From a virus (taxonomy: Duplodnaviria > Caudoviricetes), in the IMG/VR virus record IMGVR_UViG_3300030116_002679, positions 1 through 35,176 of that record: 35,176 nucleotides of DNA; one strand, 5' to 3'. The position numbers and the translations under genes are program-made. Below the pieces are notes generated by a model that was not told where the DNA came from, ran no database searches, and saw nothing but the letters and a program-made list of their open reading frames with translations. This document shows, in pieces, positions 1 to 7,375 of the stretch (positions are counted from its first letter, which is position 1; the number at the start of each line of letters is the position of its first letter).

Positions 1-875
1 TCCGGCAGATCCTCCACCAGATTCCGCTTTTTGTTAAATGCGTATACAAGAGAGTTTTCATCACGGACCCACTCGCCCAGATACTCCCGCCGGTAGGTGG
101 CATCCTCATCATCCCATCCATTTTCCTCGCGCCGCCTTTCCAACCAAGCCGCTGCACCAGGTAAGTGCGGATTTTCCAATAACGTCCAGAAATGCTTCTC
201 CCACGGTGATCGATCCAGCTGGTCCATGTCATAAAAATACCCCGCCGCACTCGCCGCAGGCGTGCCAAACATCCATACTGATCCATCATAGTCCAGCAGC
301 GCAGGCTCCAAGATATCATCCACCAATGTCTCCAACGTCTTGCTCCTGATACTCTGGCACTCATCAATCACGCACAATGAATATTTCGGCCCTCTAAACT
401 TCTCAATCTCCTGCTCATCCTGGCACCCGCCCATGATGATCTGACTCCCATTAGGAAATCTTACAATCAGCTGGTTCTCTAAAAACTCCATCCCAAATCC
501 CCAGTTGCGCTCAATCTCCCTTAACGTGGACCATACAATCCTTCTCGCATTTTTAATCGACAGCGTGATGTAAGGCACCAAAACATTGTCCGTCTCAATC
601 GCAGCCCTCACCAATCCCACTGCTGCCAGATGCGTCTTGCCCGCACGCCTGGAACACCGCGCCAGCTTCTTCTTCCGGCCACTCTCAAAAAACTCGCGCT
701 GCTTGGGATGTAAACTGTTTACCAGTGAATCCCCAACCGCCCGTAACTTGTCCCGGACTCCGTCCCTAGCTCGCTTTCTTCTTACGGCCTCTTCCACCAG
801 CAGACGCTGTTCCCGCGTCCACCCCAGATTGTTTGCCGCTTCCCTTCTCGCTCGCTTTTTTGGACTTCCTGCCAT
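1..875 (-). CDS. terL: Terminase large subunit, N-terminal ATPase domain (truncated at window edge)
   Basis: Not in the ORF track; translated by hand from ATG 875 (GAGGAAG upstream): MAGSPKKR...LHPKQ...CSRRAGKT (Walker A)...KFRG...LCVIDECQ (Walker B)...MFGTP (motif III)...YRREYLGEW. Open to position 1. Confidence 0.93.
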   Translation of the reverse strand, partial: MAGSPKKRARREAANNLGWTREQRLLVEEAVRRKRARDGVRDKLRAVGDSLVNSLHPKQREFFESGRKKKLARCSRRAGKTHLAAVGLVRAAIETDNVLVPYITLSIKNARRIVWSTLREIERNWGFGMEFLENQLIVRFPNGSQIIMGGCQDEQEIEKFRGPKYSLCVIDECQSIRSKTLETLVDDILEPALLDYDGSVWMFGTPAASAAGYFYDMDQLDRSPWEKHFWTLLENPHLPGAAAWLERRREENGWDDEDATYRREYLGEWVRDENSLVYAFNKKRNLVEDLP

Positions 876-1059
876 CTTCCTCAGTCTCAAAAACTAAAAT
901 GTGATGCTTTGGTATATAACGCACCCACTCACCCGCACGCTCCACCCGCAGCAAATCCTCCATTAACTTCAAACTGATCTTATCCCCAGCTCGCAACATA
1001 TCACCAGAATATCCGGGTACCTGAATCACTGAGCTGAAAAATACCTGACTTAATTCCAT
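766..1059 (-). CDS. Hypothetical protein (basic C-terminus overlaps the terL start)
   Basis: 97-aa ORF whose start overlaps the end of the upstream gene; fills the gap in the operon. Confidence 0.6.
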   Translation of the reverse strand: MELSQVFFSSVIQVPGYSGDMLRAGDKISLKLMEDLLRVERAGEWVRYIPKHHILVFETEEDGRKSKKASEKGSGKQSGVDAGTASAGGRGRKKKAS

Positions 1060-1646
1060 GCCATCATCCTATAAGGGTTCCATAACCATCTGATCCCCGG
1101 CCATGCACGATACAAAGCCGGTGTCCTGTGACTCATCACTACCTCATCTCCCCACAAACCCGTTTCCCGCAGCAACCACGATCCCAATCCAAAACGGCGG
1201 AATGCACTCTTGACATAAATGAAATGAAGACAGTCCACCTCGCTCACGCTGAAACCCCATACCGTGTCACGGCTGTCTGGGTCACAAATGAGCGTAATGT
1301 CGGTGAAGGGGAAAAGTTTTTTGAGGAGTGTGTCGTGGTGCCTAAGGTGGATACCCCGGGGTACGGGGCAGGGCTGGTACCCCCCTGGCCGCCGAGAACC
1401 ATCCAACTTAACTGATATATCAGATACTGACATATCAGATCTTAGGTACTGATTCCAAGGGCTGTGATCTGCTGCAGCCCGCGTCATGCAATCTAGGACT
1501 AGGCCCAGCGCCTGATCATCTGGCTCCGGGCTGCGGACTAGCACCTGGATCTGCTCGCCATCACGCCCGTCCAGGGTAACACACGGATCTGTAGACCGTG
1601 AGCCTGCTGCTGATGTCCTTGATATCATTGGCGATTCTTCTGGCAT
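1050..1646 (-). CDS. GNAT-family acetyltransferase-like protein
   Basis: LHFIYVKSAFRRFGLGSWLL matches GNAT motif A (beta strand, then the R-x-x-G-x-G acetyl-CoA loop), preceded by VWGFSV. Start codon uncertain. Confidence 0.7.
   Translation of the reverse strand: MPEESPMISRTSAAGSRSTDPCVTLDGRDGEQIQVLVRSPEPDDQALGLVLDCMTRAAADHSPWNQYLRSDMSVSDISVKLDGSRRPGGYQPCPVPRGIHLRHHDTLLKKLFPFTDITLICDPDSRDTVWGFSVSEVDCLHFIYVKSAFRRFGLGSWLLRETGLWGDEVVMSHRTPALYRAWPGIRWLWNPYRMMAWN
1352..1385. other. Candidate packaging initiation/cleavage (pac-like) site
   Basis: Perfect palindrome TACCCCGGGGTA (1352-1363) and GGTACCCCCC (1376-1385) lie at a visible switch in strand composition between terS and terL. Confidence 0.4.
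1411..1440. repeat. Tandem 15-bp repeat with palindromic cores
   Basis: ACTGATATATCAGAT then ACTGACATATCAGAT; CTGATATATCAG (1412-1423) is a perfect palindrome. Confidence 0.75.
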
Positions 1647-1654
1647 CAGCAGAA

Positions 1655-1675
1655 TTGTGAATATATTGTGAACAT
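1655..1675 (-). repeat. Pair of ATRTTCACAA motifs identical to the attP arm repeats
   Basis: TTGTGAATAT (1655-1664) and TTGTGAACAT (1666-1675), 11-bp period, directly after the terS stop codon. Confidence 0.85.
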
Positions 1676-2089
1676 TTAGTTCTCGATTTGCTGCTCGATT
1701 TCCAATCCTGCTGCGTTCAGCATCTGTGGATCTTTGCGTAGCTCATCCAACAGCTGCGAGTCTGACAGCCTGCCGAGATTGACCTGGATCTGTGACACGG
1801 CCTGGATATCATTCCACTGGTCCGGGCGGCGGTTCTTCAGATAGAACACAGCGGCCTGCGTGTTCCCGGCTTCAGCCTGCTCCACCAGCGCAGAGGTTAC
1901 GCGCCGAACTCCTTGCGCGCGCCCGCGCGATATAGATTTCTCAAGATCCTCGTAATCGGATTTCTTCTCACTGAACGTGGTAGGATGCAGCCCAATATTC
2001 CAAGCGATGTCTTGCTCGTTGAGGCCACTGGCAGCCATCTGCTCAATGTCCCGTAAGATCTCTGGGGTTGGAATCCATTTCTTAGCCAT
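1676..2089 (-). CDS. terS: Terminase small subunit-like HTH protein
   Basis: N-terminal HTH (GLNEQDIAWNIGLHPTTF) and the AAVFYLKNRRPDQW motif typical of TerS-like proteins; lies upstream of terL. Confidence 0.7.
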   Translation of the reverse strand: MAKKWIPTPEILRDIEQMAASGLNEQDIAWNIGLHPTTFSEKKSDYEDLEKSISRGRAQGVRRVTSALVEQAEAGNTQAAVFYLKNRRPDQWNDIQAVSQIQVNLGRLSDSQLLDELRKDPQMLNAAGLEIEQQIEN

Positions 2090-2096
2090 GATTGCA

Positions 2097-2126
2097 GTGG
2101 TATCGTCCAGTTTGATGCTGCGTCAA
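2097..2126 (-). promoter_or_regulatory. Possible late promoter upstream of terS
   Basis: TTGACG-18 bp-TACCAC with an upstream A-tract in a 45-bp gap; the -10 is weak. Confidence 0.3.
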
Positions 2127-2134
2127 GCTTTTTT

Positions 2135-2347
2135 TTACGCCTGCGTTTGAGCTTCCCAGCTGTTGGGTGAGAACTCCAGTGCTGCGATGAGCTGGTCCTT
2201 GGTCATGTACCTGGACTTTCCGGGCTTGATAGACTTGAGCCTGCCGGATCTACACCAGCGTTGGATGGTGCGCTCAGTGATGTTGATGTTGAACTGCTTC
2301 AGGTAGAAGTCAGCGGCTTGTTTGCTGTCGTAGTATTTCTGAATCAT
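2135..2347 (-). CDS. Excisionase/MerR-type winged HTH DNA-binding protein
   Basis: YYDSKQAADF...ITERTIQRWCRSGRLKSIKPGKSRYM is an HTH_17-like pattern. Confidence 0.8.
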   Translation of the reverse strand: MIQKYYDSKQAADFYLKQFNINITERTIQRWCRSGRLKSIKPGKSRYMTKDQLIAALEFSPNSWEAQTQA

Positions 2348-3255
2348 ACGGCCTCTTGCTGATGGTTTTGGATGAGTTGATTGACATCAATGCCCTCTTC
2401 AAAGGCGGCTTTGATGATGGCAGTGTCGATGCCTTTGCATTGATCTCTGACTTTCAGGGCGTAAGCCCCATAGGATCTCATGCCAGTGGCTGGCGGTTTA
2501 ATATCTCTGACGGGTTCAGGATCTGCTGCTTTCTGTGCTTTAGCTTCCTCAGTCATCCAGGTTTGCCACTCCATGTTCCTGAGGATGTACTTGGCTTTCT
2601 TAGCGTATCTGGCCCTGGCTCTTGAGTGAACAGATCCGTAGCTAAAAGCAAACTCCAGCAGTTCCTTTTCATGATCGGGCTGCAGCTCTTGGTAGAGTTC
2701 AAATGCTTCAGCTTTGTCTTCATGCTTTGGATAGATCTTCCAGAATTTTTCAAACGCCTCAGAATATTCGGGTGCATCTGTAGTTATTCTTTTCCTTCTT
2801 TTTCCTTCTTTTCTTTCTTTTCCTTCTTTCTGTTGTGGTTGGCCGCTGGTTAGTTGCTGGTTAGGCGTTGGTTGATCGCTGGTTAGTTGCTGGTTGCTAC
2901 CCTGGTTAGTGATCTGTTTCCAATCCTGCCAGGTTGAGTAATTGCAGACGTTGATAAGGGTTCCACCGTTGGTTGGACTGATGGTTATCATTTGGCACCT
3001 TGCGAGATACTTTTGTGCCGTTCTGATCTGCTGCCGTGACAAGCCTAATGCATCCGAGTCTCTTGATGCAGATGATATGAAGCTGCCGCGCACCAGCATA
3101 TGCTCCTCATTATTCCACCACACTTTGTGATCCTTCCAGGCTGCCGATTCTAGGCAATGCATCCAGTAACTGAACAGCACTGGCTTGGATCTTATGTGAT
3201 GGGTCTTTAGGTTTCTGTGGTACAGAATAAAGCCGTCCGATGGCGTTGCAGTCAT
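2344..3255 (-). CDS. Phage replication initiator protein
   Basis: N-terminal wHTH (GFILYHR...RGSFISS...LSRQQIRT...GTLINVCNYSTWQ), Q/T/N-rich iteron-encoded linker, basic stretch, then FEKFWKIYPK C-terminal domain. Confidence 0.85.
   Translation of the reverse strand: MTATPSDGFILYHRNLKTHHIRSKPVLFSYWMHCLESAAWKDHKVWWNNEEHMLVRGSFISSASRDSDALGLSRQQIRTAQKYLARCQMITISPTNGGTLINVCNYSTWQDWKQITNQGSNQQLTSDQPTPNQQLTSGQPQQKEGKERKEGKRRKRITTDAPEYSEAFEKFWKIYPKHEDKAEAFELYQELQPDHEKELLEFAFSYGSVHSRARARYAKKAKYILRNMEWQTWMTEEAKAQKAADPEPVRDIKPPATGMRSYGAYALKVRDQCKGIDTAIIKAAFEEGIDVNQLIQNHQQEAV
2788..2910. repeat. Putative origin of replication: iteron array plus adjacent polypyrimidine/polypurine tract
   Basis: TGGTT at 2836, 2847, 2858, 2869, 2880, 2891 and 2903. 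The 19-bp repeat CGCTGGTTAGTTGCTGGTT occurs at 2844 and 2877. T/C-only tract at about 2788-2831. Confidence 0.75.
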
Positions 3256-3518
3256 CAGCTCACCATGGGTTCAGGTTTTTGTATCTGGTGATCTTCTTCA
3301 TCCAGATATTCTTGCACCCGGTTAAAGACCTTGGCCTGTTCATGTAAAAACATGGTTACGTCCTTCAGCATATCGACAACAATTTTCATGGTTTCATGCG
3401 ATATTTGATTCTTTTTTAACTCTAAAATCTCATCAATTATATATTCTAAATCCATCATGCGGTTTGCACTTAGTTCATCAAAATGATGCAAAATATTTTT
3501 ATATTGTTCATCAGTCAT
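3255..3518 (-). CDS. Hypothetical protein
   Basis: 87-aa acidic helical ORF; TGATG coupling to the initiator gene. Confidence 0.75.
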   Translation of the reverse strand: MTDEQYKNILHHFDELSANRMMDLEYIIDEILELKKNQISHETMKIVVDMLKDVTMFLHEQAKVFNRVQEYLDEEDHQIQKPEPMVS

Positions 3519-3654
3519 TTTGCTTTTTCCTTTCCACTTCTTTGATCAGTTTTCTCAATAGTTTCTGCGGGTTGTATTTGATGCAGCCACGGTGCAGGAT
3601 CTCTGCTTTGAAAGGCTTGGGGTGTTCCTCTTCCGGGTTGATTTGCCAGATCAT
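3511..3654 (-). CDS. Hypothetical protein (47 aa, MIWQINPEEEHPKPF...)
   Basis: Hand-translated; ATGA overlap with the upstream stop at 3651 and 8-bp overlap with the next gene. Confidence 0.6.
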   Translation of the reverse strand: MIWQINPEEEHPKPFKAEILHRGCIKYNPQKLLRKLIKEVERKKQND

Positions 3655-4028
3655 GATTCAATATCGTCAATGATTTCTGTGGGAACATTGGCCGGGTGAT
3701 ATTCTGCAGGCTCCGGCGGTTCAATGCGGTTGATAGTTCCTCCGCGTTTTAGATATTCCTTCACAGCTGCATTAACCTGGTCCCTGGTGAGGGGTGCAGC
3801 TTTTTGTTTTGATGGGATCATGCGCGGCATAGGCTCGTAATCTTGTAGAAATAGTTCACGGCGTTTTAAATAGTTCACCAGATCCTGATGCTCGATCAGA
3901 ATCCCGGAATGATCATGGGATACCCTACGGTGTTTCAGCTCACCAGCGCGGCAGCTGCGCCGCAGGGTATCGATATGCAGACCTGAGATTTCAGCTGCTT
4001 CCGCCAGCTTCATCTTTTTCCTGGTCAA
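3651..4028 (-). CDS. Excisionase-like HTH protein with C-terminal extension
   Basis: MKLAEAAEISGLHIDTLRRSCRAGEL HTH_17-like pattern; C-terminal VKEYLKRGGTI motif of small phage proteins. Confidence 0.75.
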   Translation of the reverse strand: MTRKKMKLAEAAEISGLHIDTLRRSCRAGELKHRRVSHDHSGILIEHQDLVNYLKRRELFLQDYEPMPRMIPSKQKAAPLTRDQVNAAVKEYLKRGGTINRIEPPEPAEYHPANVPTEIIDDIES

Positions 4029-4902
4029 TAGCTTCCAGCTGTTCCTGACCTAGTTTTTCCAGATCTTTGATCTGCTTTGCAGTGAATCCAATCTGCGGCC
4101 ACTTCATAGACTTGGAAACTTTGAGGTAGCTTTCCAGATCACGTTTGCGCGTGTAGCTTCTGATCTTGTCCTGGGCCAGCTCATACGGGGTTTTGGCATC
4201 CACCTCAATCGACACGGGGCCGTCTTTGGTTTCTGCTACTTTCTCAATGACCTCGGCTTGCTCTTGCAGATTGTTTTCATCATCTATTTTTTGATCAATT
4301 GCAGATTCAAGGCGCTTCTGCAGATCAGATTGCTTCTGCTCTGCTTCTTCAGTGATGTCCTTCATCTGGCGCTTATCCGGGTCATAACCCATGTCACGGG
4401 CCTCATCCTCGTCAATCAGATTGCTGCCACCAAATGCGACACGGACGCCCTGCATGATGGCTTTGTGGCGCAGCATCCTTTTCGGAAACTGCTTCCAGGG
4501 TTCTGTGTTCCGTTTGCACTCGTCCATTTCCTCTTCAATGATGGTGGGATGGGAACGGTCCTTCCGATGGATCTTGCAAGTTGCCGATATGACTTGCCCT
4601 TCCCCATCCCGGTTCAGGTTCACTTCCATGCCGTCAAATGCAGGGTGACGGTTAGCTATCGCAATGAAACCGTCTACGCCGATCATGGCCTTGACTCCGC
4701 CTTTGTGCGGAAACGCATGGATCTGATCTGTCAATGGATTCAAATCGACTTCCTTGGCCACCATTAAAAATGCAGCCAGGTGTTCATTGCTGACGTTTGC
4801 ACTTGGCATCACTGTCTTTTTCACAGTGTCCAAAAATGCTTCACGTTTCATTTCATATTTATCTGCCAAACTGGCAACCAACGATTTATTTTCTTCACTC
4901 AT
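3991..4902 (-). CDS. bet: Single-strand annealing recombinase, lambda Red-beta/RecT family
   Basis: LNPLTDQIHAFP, IGVDGF, PWKQFPKRMLRHKA and AFG...IDEDEA motifs. Start placed at ATG 4902 after AAGGAG. Confidence 0.92.
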   Translation of the reverse strand: MSEENKSLVASLADKYEMKREAFLDTVKKTVMPSANVSNEHLAAFLMVAKEVDLNPLTDQIHAFPHKGGVKAMIGVDGFIAIANRHPAFDGMEVNLNRDGEGQVISATCKIHRKDRSHPTIIEEEMDECKRNTEPWKQFPKRMLRHKAIMQGVRVAFGGSNLIDEDEARDMGYDPDKRQMKDITEEAEQKQSDLQKRLESAIDQKIDDENNLQEQAEVIEKVAETKDGPVSIEVDAKTPYELAQDKIRSYTRKRDLESYLKVSKSMKWPQIGFTAKQIKDLEKLGQEQLEAIDQEKDEAGGSS

Positions 4903-5000
4903 TTTTTGTCTCCTTTTGGAAGCAGGCGTTTCATTCTGCCGGACCAATGTTTCAGGCTCGGCTTCTCTAGTTTTCTCACAATACTATCGACTGGATTCAT
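4899..5000 (-). CDS. Small hypothetical protein (33 aa, MNPVDSIVRKLEKP...)
   Basis: AGAGGAG ribosome-binding site; ATGA overlap with the bet start. Confidence 0.55.
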   Translation of the reverse strand: MNPVDSIVRKLEKPSLKHWSGRMKRLLPKGDKK

Positions 5001-5025
5001 AGCTCCTCTATCGTTTAGTTTTGAA

Positions 5026-5151
5026 AGACCTGGCAGCGTTGGCATGATGCCGTTTTGCTTAACTGGTAATGTTAAGATTGTTAGTCTTTGCCAGCATGAT
5101 TCGGCTCAAGGGATGGCCAAGGAGGTGCTGGCACCAGGTTTAACCAGGTCT
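5026..5151. ncRNA. Candidate structured RNA element (multibranch)
   Basis: AGACCTGG/CCAGGTCT closing stem encloses three hairpins in a largely non-coding gap. Confidence 0.35.
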
Positions 5152-5625
5152 CAATTCACTTAACATTTCCTCCAAATTTACAAACTTCACAATTTCTAAG
5201 GGACACGCATATGTCACTGCTTTGGTGCCTCTGCGTGAATCCGTTATTTCACGCTCTGACCAGTACATCTGTGTGTCCTGATTAATCATCATGGCGTGTG
5301 TACCCATACGATTTAAAATGATGTAGCCAAGCGGCTTTTCCCGCGCGTTATCCCAGGATGATTTAGTGCATACCAGGGCGTCTTTAAATGGATAGTCTTG
5401 GATGCCGGTCCAGTCATTAGTTTGCTGTTTGACTTCAATTCTTTTCAGCACGCACAGATCACCAAGATCCGCATACTGTTCTCGTTCATTGTGTGTCGGC
5501 GCGTAGTGCAGCCCATTCACCTGGATGTTCATTCCTAACCGGGTCAGATACATAGCCACGGCACAGACGGCAGACTGCGATTGATGCAGCTGTCTGAGGA
5601 AATGCCGGTGCGTTTGTTTGTTCAT
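5140..5625 (-). CDS. PD-(D/E)xK nuclease-like protein
   Basis: DLGDL...RIEVKQ pattern; start at ATG 5625 overlaps the upstream stop (ATGA). Confidence 0.6.
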   Translation of the reverse strand: MNKQTHRHFLRQLHQSQSAVCAVAMYLTRLGMNIQVNGLHYAPTHNEREQYADLGDLCVLKRIEVKQQTNDWTGIQDYPFKDALVCTKSSWDNAREKPLGYIILNRMGTHAMMINQDTQMYWSEREITDSRRGTKAVTYACPLEIVKFVNLEEMLSELRPG

Positions 5626-6476
5626 GGATACTGCAGCCGGTTCATCATCCACTGAGGCACAGTCATCAGATCATGCCCGGTGCCGTAGCCGGTAGGCATC
5701 ACGTTAGATTCCCAACGCTGCCACAGCTGCACGGCGCGGTACACCTCTGTGATTCCAATCTCAATCCACTCTTTATCCAGGCCGATGACGTTGACCTGGT
5801 AAGGCGGTTCATGCTCGATCAGAATGTAATAATATCCGTTGACGGTGTAACCGAGCTGCCGCCACAGCTCGACTTGCAGCCCCGCCTGAATGTAGGTTTT
5901 CCAGTGGAAAAAATCTTTGAGCCATGCGTCTTGATGGGCCTGGCCAAGCTGCCTGCTTTTGATGTCAACCAGATCCCCGGAAAACTTACTGCAATCTAAA
6001 TCAGGGCGGGCTTTGACACGGGTCTGCAGCACCTGGCCAAACCCGGACTTTTCAAACTTTGCATTTTCCAGAAACAGTTTTGCTTCTGGGTGTTCCCAGG
6101 CTTGGTAAGAACATGACTGCGCCATCGCTTCCTGGGCCTTAGTAATGACGGTGCGGTCACCAGATGCCTCTTCAAAGATGTTCCACTTTTCTTTTCCTTC
6201 TTTGGTCCGCCGGTCTACATCTGGCGCGACTGCATATTTCTCATGGAAACCAGGCCAGTCTTCTACTGCGTCATGGATAATGTGGCCGCGCAGCATGGCC
6301 GGTGTCATATCTTTGGGATGGCTTTTGTTGTGCTGTGCCAGCTGCGGGCTTATCTGAACATCCATCAGATTGTGTGCAGACATGGCAGGATGAGCGTGAT
6401 AATCCTGCAGGCTCATGCCTTCATGCTCTGACAGCAGCGGATTTAAAACGGAGTGTACTGATGTATTTTGTCCCAT
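5622..6476 (-). CDS. Exodeoxyribonuclease VIII (RecE-like) PD-(D/E)xK exonuclease
   Basis: YHAHPAMS, TPAMLRGHIIH, VAPDVDRRTKEGK, KARPD...VDIKS and YIQAG motifs. Confidence 0.85.
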   Translation of the reverse strand: MGQNTSVHSVLNPLLSEHEGMSLQDYHAHPAMSAHNLMDVQISPQLAQHNKSHPKDMTPAMLRGHIIHDAVEDWPGFHEKYAVAPDVDRRTKEGKEKWNIFEEASGDRTVITKAQEAMAQSCSYQAWEHPEAKLFLENAKFEKSGFGQVLQTRVKARPDLDCSKFSGDLVDIKSRQLGQAHQDAWLKDFFHWKTYIQAGLQVELWRQLGYTVNGYYYILIEHEPPYQVNVIGLDKEWIEIGITEVYRAVQLWQRWESNVMPTGYGTGHDLMTVPQWMMNRLQYP

Positions 6477-6832
6477 GTGGCATTTCTGACTATTGATATG
6501 GATTCCTCAACTTGCTCGATGGAGCGGACGATGAAATACCAGCCACCATGCACGGTGATGGTTTTCTCAAATTCTTTTTGGCTGTGGGTCTGGCGGCCTC
6601 TGGCATTCTTAACCTCAAACCAAATTCCGATTGGCAGCCCTTCCACCATTAAGGTGCAGTAAATATCTGCCATGCCTTTCTGCTGGCTTGGGCGATACCG
6701 GCCAGGCTTGCCGGGGATTGGGATTCCGATCACGTTGATGCGGAACATTTGCAGATGATCCTGGTATGCAGCCCACTGGAGGATGCTGCGCTGGACCATT
6801 GCTTCTGAACTAGTTACTGAAGTAACCCGCAT
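6443..6832 (-). CDS. VRR-NUC domain nuclease
   Basis: SEAMVQRSI...KGMADI...WFEVKNARGRQTHSQKEF...GGWYFIVRS. Confidence 0.88.
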   Translation of the reverse strand: MRVTSVTSSEAMVQRSILQWAAYQDHLQMFRINVIGIPIPGKPGRYRPSQQKGMADIYCTLMVEGLPIGIWFEVKNARGRQTHSQKEFEKTITVHGGWYFIVRSIEQVEESISIVRNATWDKIHQYTPF

Positions 6833-7001
6833 TTCTCTCTCGCATCTGTTCCATTTCCTTTTCCAACCGGGTCAAGGTTTTGGTTTTTTCTACTTCAGGC
6901 AAGAGCTTCTCAGCGATCTGGAAGAACCTATGAAGGTCACGCTGAACATCACGCAGCTGGGCGATGTAGGTGGCCATTAATTTTTTTTCAGCGTCTTGCA
7001 T
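6810..7001 (-). CDS. Hypothetical protein, first gene of the leftward operon
   Basis: 63-aa helical ORF overlapping the VRR-NUC start. Confidence 0.55.
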   Translation of the reverse strand: MQDAEKKLMATYIAQLRDVQRDLHRFFQIAEKLLPEVEKTKTLTRLEKEMEQMRERNAGYFSN

Positions 7002-7008
7002 TTTTATG

Positions 7009-7037
7009 TTGACTCAATGTCGTTATGTTGATATAAA
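7009..7037 (+). promoter_or_regulatory. Sigma70-type promoter for the lysogeny unit
   Basis: TTGACT-17 bp-TATAAA, overlapped by two TTATGTTGA direct repeats (7004-7012, 7023-7031). Confidence 0.7.
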
Positions 7038-7123
7038 GTACACAAACGGTTATTAAAACACTCTGTGTGCTATACAAATGCCGCAAAGTTTTATTATTGT
7101 CAACCTAAAAAATCAAGCAACTT

Positions 7124-7375
7124 GTGGAAAAACTTTTAAGACTTGTTGAGTTGCGTGCAGAGATTCTGGAGCTGTTGCCTTACAAGGCTAATGTTTATCC
7201 CTATGATCCTATGACTGGTGAGTGGGGTGATGGCACTAAAATGGGCAGGGTTAGAAGGCAGATAGAAGAGCTGAAAAAACTTGGTTACAACAAAAACCGC
7301 CGCAAGGCTTTGCAGCAGATATGTCGTGAGATTGTTGCAACCTATAACGATTTAAAGAGAAAGGGCAAAATATGA
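7124..7375 (+). CDS. Hypothetical protein
   Basis: 83-aa ORF, GTG start, ATGA coupling to the integrase. Confidence 0.65.
   Translation: MEKLLRLVELRAEILELLPYKANVYPYDPMTGEWGDGTKMGRVRRQIEELKKLGYNKNRRKALQQICREIVATYNDLKRKGKI

Noticed and set aside
38-1452. Plus-strand ORFs 38-349, 586-897, 1128-1415 and 1264-1452
   Set aside because: Antisense shadows of terL and the GNAT gene.
3515-3724. 69-aa ORF from the track
   Set aside because: The alternative 3511-3654 frame has ATGA coupling and fits the gap better.
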